DNA from: Legionellales bacterium
Lineage (GTDB): Bacteria; Pseudomonadota; Gammaproteobacteria; Eutrophobiales; Eutrophobiaceae
Assembly (NCBI GenBank): GCA_002721165.1
Contig: PBJS01000009.1
Coordinates: forward strand, 70,124 to 116,764
Reading direction: 5' to 3'
DNA length: 46,641 bases
Each line of letters begins with the position of its first letter. Positions within the stretch are counted from its first letter, which is position 1. Shown here piece after piece: positions 8,748 through 20,671 of this stretch. The notes below the pieces were generated by a model. That model was not told where the DNA came from. It searched no databases and worked only from the letters and a program-made list of their open reading frames with translations. A program made the position numbers and the translations under genes.

Positions 8748-8803
8748 TCTGGTATGTTATAGATGTCAGTTATTAACCGCAATCCTTGACTTAGTAGCGA
8801 CTC

Positions 8804-9865
8804 TTGAATAGCGTATTCTCCATGAGATTTGGAATATTATATTTTACATGCTTTTTAGCATTTATTTCTCAACCAACTTATGCGATAAAAGTAACGGGAC
8901 TTTATCAGGCAGTAGTTTCGGTAAGTGATGAATCTACGCAGAAACGGCGTATGGCGCTAAAACAAGCTCTAGGCAAGGTTCTTGTTAAAATTACAGGCGA
9001 CAGGAATATTAATAAAGGCATGGGCGTTACTTCGCTACTAGCAACACCGGGAAAATTTGTTCAGCAATATCGATATCGTCAAAATAGTAATGATTGGAAT
9101 CAAGATAAATTAGCCTATGAATTATGGGTTCAATTTGACGAAGGCGCATTAGACGCAGCACTCAAAACTTACGGTGTACCGATTTGGGAAAAAGAGCGCC
9201 CATCTATCTTAGTTTGGCTAGTCCATAAAAAAAATAAAGATCGGTCTTTTGTAGGTATTGAAAAAGGCTCTGAGTATTTAAATATTCTAGAAAATCGGGC
9301 ATCAGCCAGGGGCGTCCGATTATTATTTCCATTACTTGACTTGCAGGATAACTCTAAAATTTCAGTAACAGATGTTTGGGGTGGTTTCACAGAACCTATA
9401 CTTAACGCATCAAAACGCTATCAAGCAAATGTTGTCTTAACAAGTAAATTTACACAAATACTGCCAACTTTATGGGAGTCAGACTGGTCAGTTTATTTTG
9501 ATAACCAAGTTGTTAATTGGACAAGTCAAAGCGATATTGCAGATATTGTTTTGGAAGAAGGAATTGATGAGCTTGTAGATAAGCTGGTATCACGGTACAC
9601 ACAAACAGAAGGGCAAAATACAGAAGTAATCCAATTATTAGTTAATGATATAAATAATGTTGATGAATACGCGCAAACTTTTTCATACCTTGCATCGATA
9701 CAATCTGTAGATTCGGTAGAAGTTAAGCAAACAACACCAAATTATATTTTATTCGAATTAACTAGTAGTCGTGGTGCTGAAGGCGTGTATCAGGCAATTT
9801 CACTTGGTAAAATTTTAGAATCTGTTGAAGATGGTGATACATCGGAGTATCGCTTGTTACCATAG
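8804..9865 (+). CDS. DUF2066 family exported protein
   Basis: Signal-peptide-like N-terminus, LYQAVV.V, ALKQAL.KVLVK.TG, W.KERP.ILVWL, RGV.L.FPLLDL.D motifs; usual position between purM and hda. Confidence 0.8.
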   Translation: MNSVFSMRFGILYFTCFLAFISQPTYAIKVTGLYQAVVSVSDESTQKRRMALKQALGKVLVKITGDRNINKGMGVTSLLATPGKFVQQYRYRQNSNDWNQDKLAYELWVQFDEGALDAALKTYGVPIWEKERPSILVWLVHKKNKDRSFVGIEKGSEYLNILENRASARGVRLLFPLLDLQDNSKISVTDVWGGFTEPILNASKRYQANVVLTSKFTQILPTLWESDWSVYFDNQVVNWTSQSDIADIVLEEGIDELVDKLVSRYTQTEGQNTEVIQLLVNDINNVDEYAQTFSYLASIQSVDSVEVKQTTPNYILFELTSSRGAEGVYQAISLGKILESVEDGDTSEYRLLP

Positions 9866-9902
9866 TTAAAACCAATAAATTTAAATAATAACTCTATATT
9901 CT

Positions 9903-10610
9903 ATGAATTCTAAACGCATATCATTGCCTCAAATACCATTTGAATTTGGCAATTTTCAGAAAATAGATTTCACCTCGTTTATTGAGGGCGAAAATCAAGA
10001 TTTATTAGATTTTTTGAACACAATGACTAAAAAAAAGAAAAACGATTGTCTTTATATTTGGGGTTCTCAGGGCACAGGAAAAACACATTTATTACAAGCA
10101 GCGTGTAAACAAGCAGATGATATGAATTCTCAAGTTACATATATTCCATTAAAACAATATGAAGAGTTCGACTCTGAAATATTTAATGGTTTAGGAAAAT
10201 TAGATCTAATTTGTGTCGATGACCTTGAATTTATTTCTGGTAACCTAGAGTGGCAGCAGCGTTTGACTCTACTTTATAATGAAATTAGAGATAATAATAA
10301 TTCAATTATAATAAGTTCTACTTCTTCTCCAAAAAATATAAAAATTGAACTCGATGATCTTAAATCTAGATTAGTTTGGGGGCAGGTCTATAAAATAAAA
10401 CCACCCAATGATGAGTTAAAAATTGAGATACTAAAGAGAAAAGCGTCAGAACGTTCATTCGAGCTTAGTAAAAGTGTAGCAGAGTTTCTTATACATCGAA
10501 CTGATAGAGATCTAAATTCTTTAATAAAAATTCTTGACGTTATAGATCATTCATCGTTAGCGGCGAAGCGAAAAGTGACAATACCTTTTGTTAAGAAATT
10601 AATAGATTAA
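9903..10610 (+). CDS. hda: DnaA regulatory inactivator Hda
   Basis: AAA+ GSQGTGKTHLL, VDDLE, DLKSRL.WG; N-terminal clamp-binding-like QIPFEF; synteny with purM/DUF2066. Confidence 0.92.
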   Translation: MNSKRISLPQIPFEFGNFQKIDFTSFIEGENQDLLDFLNTMTKKKKNDCLYIWGSQGTGKTHLLQAACKQADDMNSQVTYIPLKQYEEFDSEIFNGLGKLDLICVDDLEFISGNLEWQQRLTLLYNEIRDNNNSIIISSTSSPKNIKIELDDLKSRLVWGQVYKIKPPNDELKIEILKRKASERSFELSKSVAEFLIHRTDRDLNSLIKILDVIDHSSLAAKRKVTIPFVKKLID

Positions 10611-11200
10611 TTTTTGAGTTTTTTAGCAATTGTTGCCAACCTTTTGCCGGCAGCAAAACAAAGTTCTTTTTCATTTTTTGTAACTGGGAGATCATTTTTC
10701 TCTCCAGCTACATGAGTTGCTCCGTATGGAGTTCCACCACCTTCTTTTTCAAATAGACCTGGTTCAGTGTAAGGCAAACCAATTAATAACATTCCATGAT
10801 GAATTAATGGCAGCATCATTGATAGCAATGTTGTTTCCTGACCACCATGCAAGCTACCCGTTGAGCTGAATACGGTCGCTGGTTTTCCAACAAGACCGCC
10901 CGAGATCCAAACATCAGATGTTGAATCAATGAAATATTTTATTGGGGCAGCCATATTTCCAAATCTTGTCGGACTTCCTAGCGCAAGACCATCACAGTTA
11001 ACTAAATCATTACATGTGACATAAGGTGGGCCACTCTCCGGAATATCTGACTCAATAGTTTGTGTTGTTGTTCTAATTGGGGGGACAGTCCGCAGACTCC
11101 CTTCGCAATTTTCTACAGATTCCACACCTCTGGAAAAATATTGAGCCATCTCAGCAACACTGCCCCCATGACTATAATATAGGATTAGAATTTGAGTCAT
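10607..11200 (-). CDS. wrbA: NAD(P)H:quinone oxidoreductase WrbA
   Basis: ILYYSHGGSV, GSPTRFGNMAAP, STGSLHGGQETTL, GGTPYGA flavodoxin-fold motifs. Confidence 0.93.
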   Translation of the reverse strand: MTQILILYYSHGGSVAEMAQYFSRGVESVENCEGSLRTVPPIRTTTQTIESDIPESGPPYVTCNDLVNCDGLALGSPTRFGNMAAPIKYFIDSTSDVWISGGLVGKPATVFSSTGSLHGGQETTLLSMMLPLIHHGMLLIGLPYTEPGLFEKEGGGTPYGATHVAGEKNDLPVTKNEKELCFAAGKRLATIAKKLKN

Positions 11201-11201
11201 T

Positions 11202-11549
11202 TTAGATTATGTTTAGTATTAGTTCAGGTGGCCGGCCGATAATTGCCTTATTATTTGCGATTACAATAGGGCGCTCAATCAAAATAGGATTTTCTGTCAT
11301 AACCTTCAGTAACGCATCCGCATCATTTTCATATTTACCGATATCCAAATCTTGATAAAGTTTTTCCCCTTTTCGTACCAGATCTATCGGTCTTAAATCT
11401 AGCATTTGCGTAATATTTTTTAACGTTTCAACATCGGGCGGTGTTTTCAAATATTCCACAATTTCTGTTTCTATTTCCCTTTCTAAAAGTAATTCCAGAG
11501 TTTTTCTTGATTTTGAACACCGTGGGTTATGAAAAATTTTCGCTTTCAT
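11202..11549 (-). CDS. ArsC-family (glutaredoxin-type arsenate reductase-like) protein
   Basis: HNPRCSKSR, EYLKTP, P.LIERPIV, IGRPPE. Start moved to ATG 11549 (GGAG 6-9 nt upstream) from the ORF-track 11567. Confidence 0.88.
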   Translation of the reverse strand: MKAKIFHNPRCSKSRKTLELLLEREIETEIVEYLKTPPDVETLKNITQMLDLRPIDLVRKGEKLYQDLDIGKYENDADALLKVMTENPILIERPIVIANNKAIIGRPPELILNII

Positions 11550-11597
11550 ATCTGCTCCATTATCCATTAAATATTTCTTAGATTATACTCTCTGATT

Positions 11598-12467
11598 ATG
11601 ACGGGTTATATCATAAATAGTAAAAATAAATTTTTTATGTTTTTTCAAATTATTTTTGCAAGAACATCATATATTCTTCGTCATTTTTATCTGTCAAATG
11701 CGATGCAGGTCGCCTCATCACTTGCTTTCACATCTCTACTTTCACTTGTTCCTCTATTAACTGTCATGTTTGGTCTTTTCGGTGAAATTTCAGTATTACA
11801 GAATTTTTCAACTTTAATACAGAATTTCATTTTTGCTAATTTTGTGCCCGAATTTGGACAAACCATAGAACAGTATATATATATTTTTTCGATGAAAGCA
11901 TCTCAGCTTACAATAAGCGGTAGCGTTTTTCTTGTCTTGATTGCCATGATGTTACTTGCAACGATTGATAATTCTTTTAATAGAATATGGAAAATAAAAA
12001 AGAAGCGCAATCCGATTAAACGCATACTTATTTATTTTTCTTTGCTTATTGTGGGGCCGTTATTAATAGGCATCGGCCTTGCTTTAACATCATATTTACT
12101 ATCAATACCTGTTATTGCTGATGTTGATACGACATTTAATGTAAAAACGCATTTATTGGGCTGGCTGCCATTTTTGATGACATCGATAGCATTTATCTTA
12201 CTATATATACTTGTTCCGAATTGTTACGTATACAAAAAATATGCTGTCTCGGCTGGTGTGATTTGCGCCATATTGTTCGAATTAGCAAAGTATGGGTTCG
12301 GTATATATGTTAAAGAAATGTCAGGCTATGAGAATATTTATGGTGCATTAGCAATCCTTCCTCTTTTTCTTGTATGGATTTATATTTCTTGGGTAATAAT
12401 TTTATTTGGCGCGCATATTACTTTTTGTTTATCTTCGTTTTATCTAAATACTATAAATAAGTCTTGA
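11598..12467 (+). CDS. YihY/BrkB family inner membrane protein
   Basis: ASSLAFTSLLSLVP, FNRIW, P..IG, YGALA.LPLFLVWIYISW.IILFGA; six TM-like segments. Confidence 0.9.
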   Translation: MTGYIINSKNKFFMFFQIIFARTSYILRHFYLSNAMQVASSLAFTSLLSLVPLLTVMFGLFGEISVLQNFSTLIQNFIFANFVPEFGQTIEQYIYIFSMKASQLTISGSVFLVLIAMMLLATIDNSFNRIWKIKKKRNPIKRILIYFSLLIVGPLLIGIGLALTSYLLSIPVIADVDTTFNVKTHLLGWLPFLMTSIAFILLYILVPNCYVYKKYAVSAGVICAILFELAKYGFGIYVKEMSGYENIYGALAILPLFLVWIYISWVIILFGAHITFCLSSFYLNTINKS

Positions 12468-12506
12468 AAAACATATTAATAATTATGAAGGGTATAAAAA
12501 AACTTT

Positions 12507-12779
12507 ATGCAGAAAAAAGCAATTAATTGTATTGTAAGCGGCAGAGTTCAGGGAGTTGGTTTTCGTATGTCAACAAGCCAACAGTGTAAATTACTCGGAC
12601 TTAAAGGCTGGGTTAGAAATCTTGACAATGGTAATGTAGAAGTATATGTCTGTGGTGACCAAAATTTACTTATTCAAATACATAAATGGTTGTTACATGG
12701 TCCAAGTTTGGCAAAAGTTATTAATGTTGAGTGTGTTAATACTGATTATCAAGAATATGAGGATTTTTCCATACGTTAG
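12507..12779 (+). CDS. acyP: Acylphosphatase
   Basis: [11 protein letters not shown] and GWVRNL.NG.VE signatures; 90 aa. Confidence 0.93.
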   Translation: MQKKAINCIVSGRVQGVGFRMSTSQQCKLLGLKGWVRNLDNGNVEVYVCGDQNLLIQIHKWLLHGPSLAKVINVECVNTDYQEYEDFSIR

Positions 12780-14029
12780 TTATCATTAATTTTTTCTTTA
12801 ATGAATGTAATTATTTCTTTAATTTGAATATACCTATTGGCATCATCCTGTCTCGCCTTATATTCAATTTCACCCGCATCCAGACCTTTTTCACTAAAGA
12901 CCAAACGATGAGGAATTCCAATTAATTCCATATCAGAAAACATTACCCCAGGCCTCTCATGTCGGTCATCAAGCAAAACATCTATATTATTTGACTTAAG
13001 ATCATCATACAGGGAAATTACCGCATCACGTAAACGCACTGATTTATGCATATTTACAGGGATAAGTGCCAGCTGAAAAGGTGCAATGGAGGTCGGCCAT
13101 ATAATACCTTTTTCATCATGGCTTTGTTCAATGGCGGCTGCGACAATACGTGAAACCCCAATACCATAACAACCCATCGTTAAAGTGACTGACTTTCCAT
13201 GTTCATCAAGACAATTTGTTTTCATACTTGAGCTATATTTTGTACCTAACTGGAAAATATGCCCTACCTCAATACCGCGCGCAGATTCTAACGCATTAGC
13301 ATCTTCACCCAAATCTGCCTTAGCCCTTTCTAAACTAGCAACATAATCCCCGTTTTTTGAAAATACGATTTGGTCTTCTCCCGATTCTGCCAAAACATGA
13401 AATTCATGTGATTTGTCACCACCTATATTTCCTGAGTCAGCAATAACGGCACGGAATTTGAGACCCAGACGAGTAAATATTTTCGAATATGTTGCATACA
13501 TTTGTTCGTAAGTTTCTTGCAGCGATTCATCATTCAAATGAAAAGAATAGGCGTCTTTCATTAAAAATTCACGGGCACGCATAATTCCAAATCTTGGGCG
13601 TACCTCATCTCTAAATTTTGTTTGTATCTGATACAAAATAATAGGGAGTTGTTTGTAGCTTCGAACTTCACGCCTTGCTAGATCTGTAATGACTTCTTCA
13701 TGAGTTGGACCAAAACAGAACTCACGCTCATGACGATCATTGATTCGCAGTAATTCTGGGCCATACTGGTCCCAACGTTTGGATTCACGCCAGAGTTCGG
13801 CTGGCTGAATGGCTGGCATTAATATTTCTTGTGCACCAGCGGCATTCATTTCCTCGCGGACAATAGCTTCGACCTTTTTTAATATTCGGTAGCCCAATGG
13901 CAACCATGTGTATATGCCAGAGGCCAGCTGGCGGACCATACCAGCCCGTAACATAAGTTTATGACTTACAATCTCGGCATCAGCTGGTGCCTCTCTCAAA
14001 GTGGCTGTTAGTAATTTTGATAGTTTCAT
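12776..14029 (-). CDS. proS: Proline--tRNA ligase, bacterial type, lacking the INS editing domain
   Basis: Class II motifs [53 protein letters not shown] plus anticodon domain; only 417 aa. Confidence 0.96.
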   Translation of the reverse strand: MKLSKLLTATLREAPADAEIVSHKLMLRAGMVRQLASGIYTWLPLGYRILKKVEAIVREEMNAAGAQEILMPAIQPAELWRESKRWDQYGPELLRINDRHEREFCFGPTHEEVITDLARREVRSYKQLPIILYQIQTKFRDEVRPRFGIMRAREFLMKDAYSFHLNDESLQETYEQMYATYSKIFTRLGLKFRAVIADSGNIGGDKSHEFHVLAESGEDQIVFSKNGDYVASLERAKADLGEDANALESARGIEVGHIFQLGTKYSSSMKTNCLDEHGKSVTLTMGCYGIGVSRIVAAAIEQSHDEKGIIWPTSIAPFQLALIPVNMHKSVRLRDAVISLYDDLKSNNIDVLLDDRHERPGVMFSDMELIGIPHRLVFSEKGLDAGEIEYKARQDDANRYIQIKEIITFIKEKINDN

Positions 14030-14230
14030 ATATCGGATTATCTATATTAGTCAGTTAAAAAACACCCATTTTCTAACGATATAATGAATCATATCAGACA
14101 CAGAATGGTAAGCGATATCTAGCTGAATCGGATTTGGTTGGGTTAATAAGATTCAATATTTTATGAAGGTTTTGGTTATACCTAATTGCCCAATTCTGAG
14201 CTATTTCCTAGACAATTATTATAACATAGC

Positions 14231-14259
14231 TTGACCAAACCATAGAATCTTAGTAAGTT
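14231..14259 (+). promoter_or_regulatory. Putative sigma70 promoter of the ilv operon
   Basis: TTGACC (14231-14236), exactly 17 nt, TAAGTT (14254-14259), about 60 nt upstream of the ilvI start. Confidence 0.45.
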
Positions 14260-14322
14260 CCCGCGTTTTTTCTCAAATTGATGTATATTTATAATCTTAA
14301 ACATAATAATTGGATAGGATTG

Positions 14323-16056
14323 ATGCCAAAAAAGAAAGAAATTTTACGAGGAGCAGAAATTTTTTGTCGCGCACTCAAAGATGAGGGCGTCAAGCATTTG
14401 TTCGGTTATCCGGGCGGTGCAGTACTTCACATATATGATGCTCTCTACAAACAGGATGACGTTGAACATATTCTGGTACGTCATGAACAAGGGGCAACTC
14501 ATGCGGCAGATGGTTACGCGCGGGCAACAGGAAAGCCGGGTGTTGTGTTAGTTACGTCTGGACCAGGAGCAACAAATGCTGTTACTGGAATTGCGACGGC
14601 TCATATGGATTCTATTCCGCTAGTTGTTTTCACAGGCCAAGTGCCAAGAAAAATGATCGGAAATGATGCCTTTCAGGAAGTCGATTCTATTGGTATTACC
14701 CGACCTTGTGTGAAACATAATTTTCTAGTTAAAGATGTTAAGACGTTGGCTACAACCATAAAAAAGGCTTTTTATGTTGCAACAAGCGGACGACCCGGTC
14801 CGGTAGTCGTGGATATTCCTAAGGATGTAACAGCTGATTCATGTGAATACGAATACCCTAAAAGTATTGATATGCGTTCATACAGCCCAGTTATTAAAGG
14901 ACATCCTGGCCAAATAAAAAGAGCGTCAAAATTAATTTTGTCAGCAAAAAAACCGATGATTTATTCAGGTGGCGGGGTAATTCTCGGTGAGGCGAGCAGA
15001 GAACTGACCAAATTTGCACGTACACTGAATTTTCCAATAACTAATACACTTATGGGTCTTGGTGCATACCCAGCTACTGATAAACAGTTTGTTGGGATGC
15101 TTGGCATGCATGGGACATATGAAGCTAACATGGCAATGCATAACTGCGATGTTTTAATTGCAATTGGTGCGCGATTTGATGATCGCGTCACTGGCGATCT
15201 TGAAAAGTTTTGTCCGTACGCAAAAATTATTCATATAGATGTTGATCCATCGTCTATTGCCAAAAATGTTCCTGTTGATATTCCAATTGTTGGTGATGTA
15301 AAACATGTTTTAAAAGATTTAAATGAAATTTTAAAAAATACTAAAGATAAACTTCAAGAAAACAAAAAAGATTTAGATTCTTGGTGGAAGCAAATTAACG
15401 AATGGGCAAAAATTGATTGTCTCAAATATGATCGAACATCATCTGTGATAAAACCACAATTTGTTGTTGAAAAATTGTGGGAATTAACAAAGGGTGATGC
15501 ATATGTTACATCAGATGTTGGGCAACATCAGATGTGGGCTGCGCAATTTTATAAGTTTGATAAACCAAGGCGCTGGATTAATTCTGGTGGTTTAGGGACC
15601 ATGGGTTTTGGATTGCCTGCTGCGATGGGAGTCAAATTGGCCTTTCCGAATGAGACAGTTGCATGTATTACAGGCGAAGCAAGTCTCGTAATGTGTATTC
15701 AGGAGTTATCGACTTGTCTTCAATATGGGACACCAGTAAAAATTATAAATCTGAACAATCGCTATATGGGAATGGTTAGGCAATGGCAAGAGTTTTTTTA
15801 TTCTGGGCGTTATTCTCATTCATACATGGAGGCTTTGCCTGATTTTGTCAAAATAGCCGAAAGCTATGGCCATGTTGGTATGAGAATTGAAAAAAGCGGT
15901 GATGTTGAAAGTGTTTTAAAAGAGGCTTTATCAATGAAGGATAAAACCGTAATAATGGATTTTATTACTGATCAGACTGAAAATGTTTACCCTATGATTG
16001 CATCTGGCAAAGGACATCATGAAATGCATTTGTCTTCTGAAAGGGAACTTGCTTAA
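14323..16056 (+). CDS. ilvI: Acetolactate synthase large subunit
   Basis: [61 protein letters not shown]. Start placed at ATG 14323 (AGGA upstream) rather than ORF-track 14278. Confidence 0.95.
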   Translation: MPKKKEILRGAEIFCRALKDEGVKHLFGYPGGAVLHIYDALYKQDDVEHILVRHEQGATHAADGYARATGKPGVVLVTSGPGATNAVTGIATAHMDSIPLVVFTGQVPRKMIGNDAFQEVDSIGITRPCVKHNFLVKDVKTLATTIKKAFYVATSGRPGPVVVDIPKDVTADSCEYEYPKSIDMRSYSPVIKGHPGQIKRASKLILSAKKPMIYSGGGVILGEASRELTKFARTLNFPITNTLMGLGAYPATDKQFVGMLGMHGTYEANMAMHNCDVLIAIGARFDDRVTGDLEKFCPYAKIIHIDVDPSSIAKNVPVDIPIVGDVKHVLKDLNEILKNTKDKLQENKKDLDSWWKQINEWAKIDCLKYDRTSSVIKPQFVVEKLWELTKGDAYVTSDVGQHQMWAAQFYKFDKPRRWINSGGLGTMGFGLPAAMGVKLAFPNETVACITGEASLVMCIQELSTCLQYGTPVKIINLNNRYMGMVRQWQEFFYSGRYSHSYMEALPDFVKIAESYGHVGMRIEKSGDVESVLKEALSMKDKTVIMDFITDQTENVYPMIASGKGHHEMHLSSERELA

Positions 16057-16059
16057 TTT

Positions 16060-17596
<1,537 letters not shown>

Positions 17597-17656
17597 CAAA
17601 GCACTATAGATCCATATTCAATTTACTAAAAATTATTTTTTTGAGTTTAGAGTTAA

Positions 17657-18316
17657 ATGCCTAGCAATCATTATCCTTTTATAGCAAGAGAGTCTTGGCT
17701 AACAATAATAATAATTTTTGCAATTGTTCTTTTTATAAAACTTTTCTTTGCTGGGCCGCTTTTTTTATTATCTTTACTTGTCTTATTAATTATTATTTAT
17801 CTTTTTCGGGATCCTCATCGTGAAATTCCATCACAACCATTGGCTATAGTTAGTCCAGTATATGGCGTTGTTTCAAAAGTTGGCGAAGCGAAAGAAATTC
17901 GTTTGAATGTAAATACGATACGTGTACGAATTGTAATGCGTATAAATGATATCTACTCATTACGAAGTCCAATTGAAGGAAAAGTTGTTGAGCAATGGTA
18001 TGAGCCGTCGTTTAAAAACCAACTATACCAGCATCTAGATTTTCATGTTCAGTCCGATGAAGGCGATGACGTTATCACCGCAATAAGGTTCAGAAACTTC
18101 ATGCGCAGGTCGCATATTTATTTGAATTCTGGAGAAAGAGTTGGCCAAGGGCAACGTTGCGGATATATATCTTTTGGTGCCGTTGTCGATCTTTTTATAC
18201 CGATTGAATCTAAAATTCTTGTAGAAGTTGGCCAACATGTGGATTCAGGCAGTACAGTATTAGCAGAATTGATACATTCTGAACCCCTGAGCTCAGTTAA
18301 AGACCACTCAGAATAA
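17657..18316 (+). CDS. Phosphatidylserine decarboxylase-family protein (short type), predicted catalytically inactive
   Basis: YPFIARE, FRDP.R.IP, RSP.EG, GQR.G.I.FG..VD....P, G..V..G.TVLAEL framework and position between ilvC and pssA; catalytic Asp, His and Ser positions read Tyr, Tyr, Ala. Confidence 0.85.
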   Translation: MPSNHYPFIARESWLTIIIIFAIVLFIKLFFAGPLFLLSLLVLLIIIYLFRDPHREIPSQPLAIVSPVYGVVSKVGEAKEIRLNVNTIRVRIVMRINDIYSLRSPIEGKVVEQWYEPSFKNQLYQHLDFHVQSDEGDDVITAIRFRNFMRRSHIYLNSGERVGQGQRCGYISFGAVVDLFIPIESKILVEVGQHVDSGSTVLAELIHSEPLSSVKDHSE

Positions 18317-18386
18317 TTAACTTTTTCTTTTTCTTTGTTTAAGTTGATAACTTTCAAGGGTAAACTTCCTTATCTAACCTTTAAAA

Positions 18387-19136
18387 ATGGTGCTAATGAC
18401 AGAGATGAAATCAAGACGAGGAATTTATTTGTTACCTAACTTGCTTACGACGGGGGCATTATTTTCTGGTTTTTATTCTATCGTCGCAGCAATGAATCAG
18501 CATTTTGGTTCTGCTGCAATTGCAATTTTTGTTGCAATGATACTTGATGGAATGGATGGTCGAATTGCTCGGTTAACGAATACTCAGAGTGCGTTTGGAA
18601 TGCAATATGATAGCTTGTCGGATATGGTTTCATTTGGTTTAGCGCCATCTCTGGTCGTATACCAATGGGCATTATTTGGTATGGGAAAATTAGGTTGGCT
18701 GGCAGCTTTTGTTTATACAGCCTGCGCATCATTAAGGTTGGCAAGATTTAATACTCAGGCGACGAGCATTGATAAGCGTTATTTTCAGGGTTTACCAAGC
18801 CCGGGTGCAGCGGCAGTATTAGCGGGGCTGGTATGGTTTGGTAGCAGTTATGGATTAATTGATGGCACAACCATTGGGGCTATGTGTTTTTTAGTAACAG
18901 TTATTATAGGTTTATTGATGGTTAGCAATATTAGATATCACAGCTTTAAAGAGTTTGATCTCAAAAATCGTATTCCGTTTGTGACTTTCCTTATAATAGT
19001 CCCGGTGTTTGTTTTAATTGCTATAGAACCAGCACTGATTTTGTTTTTTTTAGCAATAATTTACGCAATTTCTGGACCAATTTATACATTAATATTATTA
19101 CGACGCCATAGAGTGGCAAGAAAAGATGCAAGATAA
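18387..19136 (+). CDS. pssA: CDP-diacylglycerol--serine O-phosphatidyltransferase (membrane type)
   Basis: [20 protein letters not shown]...FG..YDSL.D CDP-alcohol motif, RLARFN, FQGLPSP. Confidence 0.93.
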   Translation: MVLMTEMKSRRGIYLLPNLLTTGALFSGFYSIVAAMNQHFGSAAIAIFVAMILDGMDGRIARLTNTQSAFGMQYDSLSDMVSFGLAPSLVVYQWALFGMGKLGWLAAFVYTACASLRLARFNTQATSIDKRYFQGLPSPGAAAVLAGLVWFGSSYGLIDGTTIGAMCFLVTVIIGLLMVSNIRYHSFKEFDLKNRIPFVTFLIIVPVFVLIAIEPALILFFLAIIYAISGPIYTLILLRRHRVARKDAR

Positions 19137-20664
19137 ACTAATTATTTTTGATACAACTTTACGTGATGGGGAACAAAGCCCTGGAGCGTCAATGACCAAA
19201 GATGAAAAACTTCGTATAGCAAAGGCATTGGAAAGAATGCATGTTGATATTATTGAGGCGGGTTTTCCAATTGCAAGCCCTGGTGATTTTGAAGCTGTAA
19301 AGGCTGTATCTCAACTAATTACACAGAGCACTGTCTGTGGTTTGGCGAGAGCTTTAAATAAAGATATAGATTGTGCTGCTGATGCACTAAAGCCAGCAAA
19401 GTCTTCTCGCATACACACTTTTATAGCAACATCACCGATTCACATGCGCGAAAAACTACGCATGCAACCAGAACAAGTTGTTGAAAATGCAGTTAAGGCT
19501 GTTAAACGAGCAGGAAAGTATACAGATGATATAGAATTTTCCCCTGAAGATGCTGGACGCTCTGAATTTGACTTCCTATGCCAAGTGATTGAGGCAGTAA
19601 TTAATGCTGGTGCAACAACGATCAATATCCCAGATACAGTCGGATATAACTTACCGCAATACTTTGGAGAGTTAATAGGAAAGCTAATAGAGAACGTGCC
19701 AAATTCTGACAAAGCTACATTTTCAGTACACTGTCATAACGATCTAGGACTCGCTGTAGGTAACTCATTGGCAGCTGTTATAAATGGTGCAAGGCAAGTT
19801 GAATGTACAATAAATGGGCTAGGGGAGCGCGCTGGCAATGCGGCTTTGGAAGAAATAGTAATGTCAGTAAGAACACGAAGGGATGTATTTACATGTGATA
19901 CTAATATCGATACAAGTCAGATTGTTAATTGTTCAAGACTTGTCTCAACAATAACGGGTTTTCCTGTTCAACCAAATAAGGCTATAGTCGGTGCTAATGC
20001 ATTTGCACATGAATCGGGTATTCATCAAGATGGAGTTTTAAAAAGTCGTGAAACTTATGAAATCATGCGTGCCGAGGATGTTGGCTGGAATACCAATAGA
20101 ATGGTTTTAGGTAAACACTCCGGACGTAATGCTTTTCGTACTCGTTTAGAGGAATTAGGAATCACTTTTACAGAAGAAGAAGAATTAAACGCAGTTTTTT
20201 CTCAATTTAAAGAATTAGCCGACAAAAAACATGAAGTTTATGATGACGACCTACAAGCCTTGGTAAGCGATACAATCCAAGGTAGTGCTGATGAAAGAAT
20301 AAAGCTTGTGTCACTTAAGGTGGGGACAGAGACTGGTGTAAAGCCTAAAGCACTCGTTACATTATCAATCGACGGTGAAGAAAAATGCGCCAATGCCGAA
20401 GGCGGCGGCCCTGTTGATGCAACATATAAGGCTATTGAAAACATGGTTGAGAGTGGTTGTAATCTACAATTATATTCGGTTAATAACATAACTGATGGTA
20501 CAGATTCTCAAGGTGAGGTAACAGTTCGTATTGACAAGGGTGGCCGAATAGTTAATGGACTTGGTGCTGATACCGATATTGTTATCGCATCTGCTAAAGC
20601 TTATATCAATGCGCTTAATAAAGCATTAGATCATCGGGAGCGGGCACATCCACAGCAAGTCTAA
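19126..20664 (+). CDS. leuA: 2-isopropylmalate synthase
   Basis: [51 protein letters not shown]; C-terminal regulatory domain with GGGPVDA and DI..ASA.AY. Confidence 0.96.
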   Translation: MQDKLIIFDTTLRDGEQSPGASMTKDEKLRIAKALERMHVDIIEAGFPIASPGDFEAVKAVSQLITQSTVCGLARALNKDIDCAADALKPAKSSRIHTFIATSPIHMREKLRMQPEQVVENAVKAVKRAGKYTDDIEFSPEDAGRSEFDFLCQVIEAVINAGATTINIPDTVGYNLPQYFGELIGKLIENVPNSDKATFSVHCHNDLGLAVGNSLAAVINGARQVECTINGLGERAGNAALEEIVMSVRTRRDVFTCDTNIDTSQIVNCSRLVSTITGFPVQPNKAIVGANAFAHESGIHQDGVLKSRETYEIMRAEDVGWNTNRMVLGKHSGRNAFRTRLEELGITFTEEEELNAVFSQFKELADKKHEVYDDDLQALVSDTIQGSADERIKLVSLKVGTETGVKPKALVTLSIDGEEKCANAEGGGPVDATYKAIENMVESGCNLQLYSVNNITDGTDSQGEVTVRIDKGGRIVNGLGADTDIVIASAKAYINALNKALDHRERAHPQQV

Positions 20665-20671
20665 AGTTTAT

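Noticed and set aside
11202-11549. Arsenic resistance locus
   Set aside because: A lone ArsC-family gene with no arsR/arsB/acr3; it sits in the common wrbA-arsC-yihY housekeeping context.
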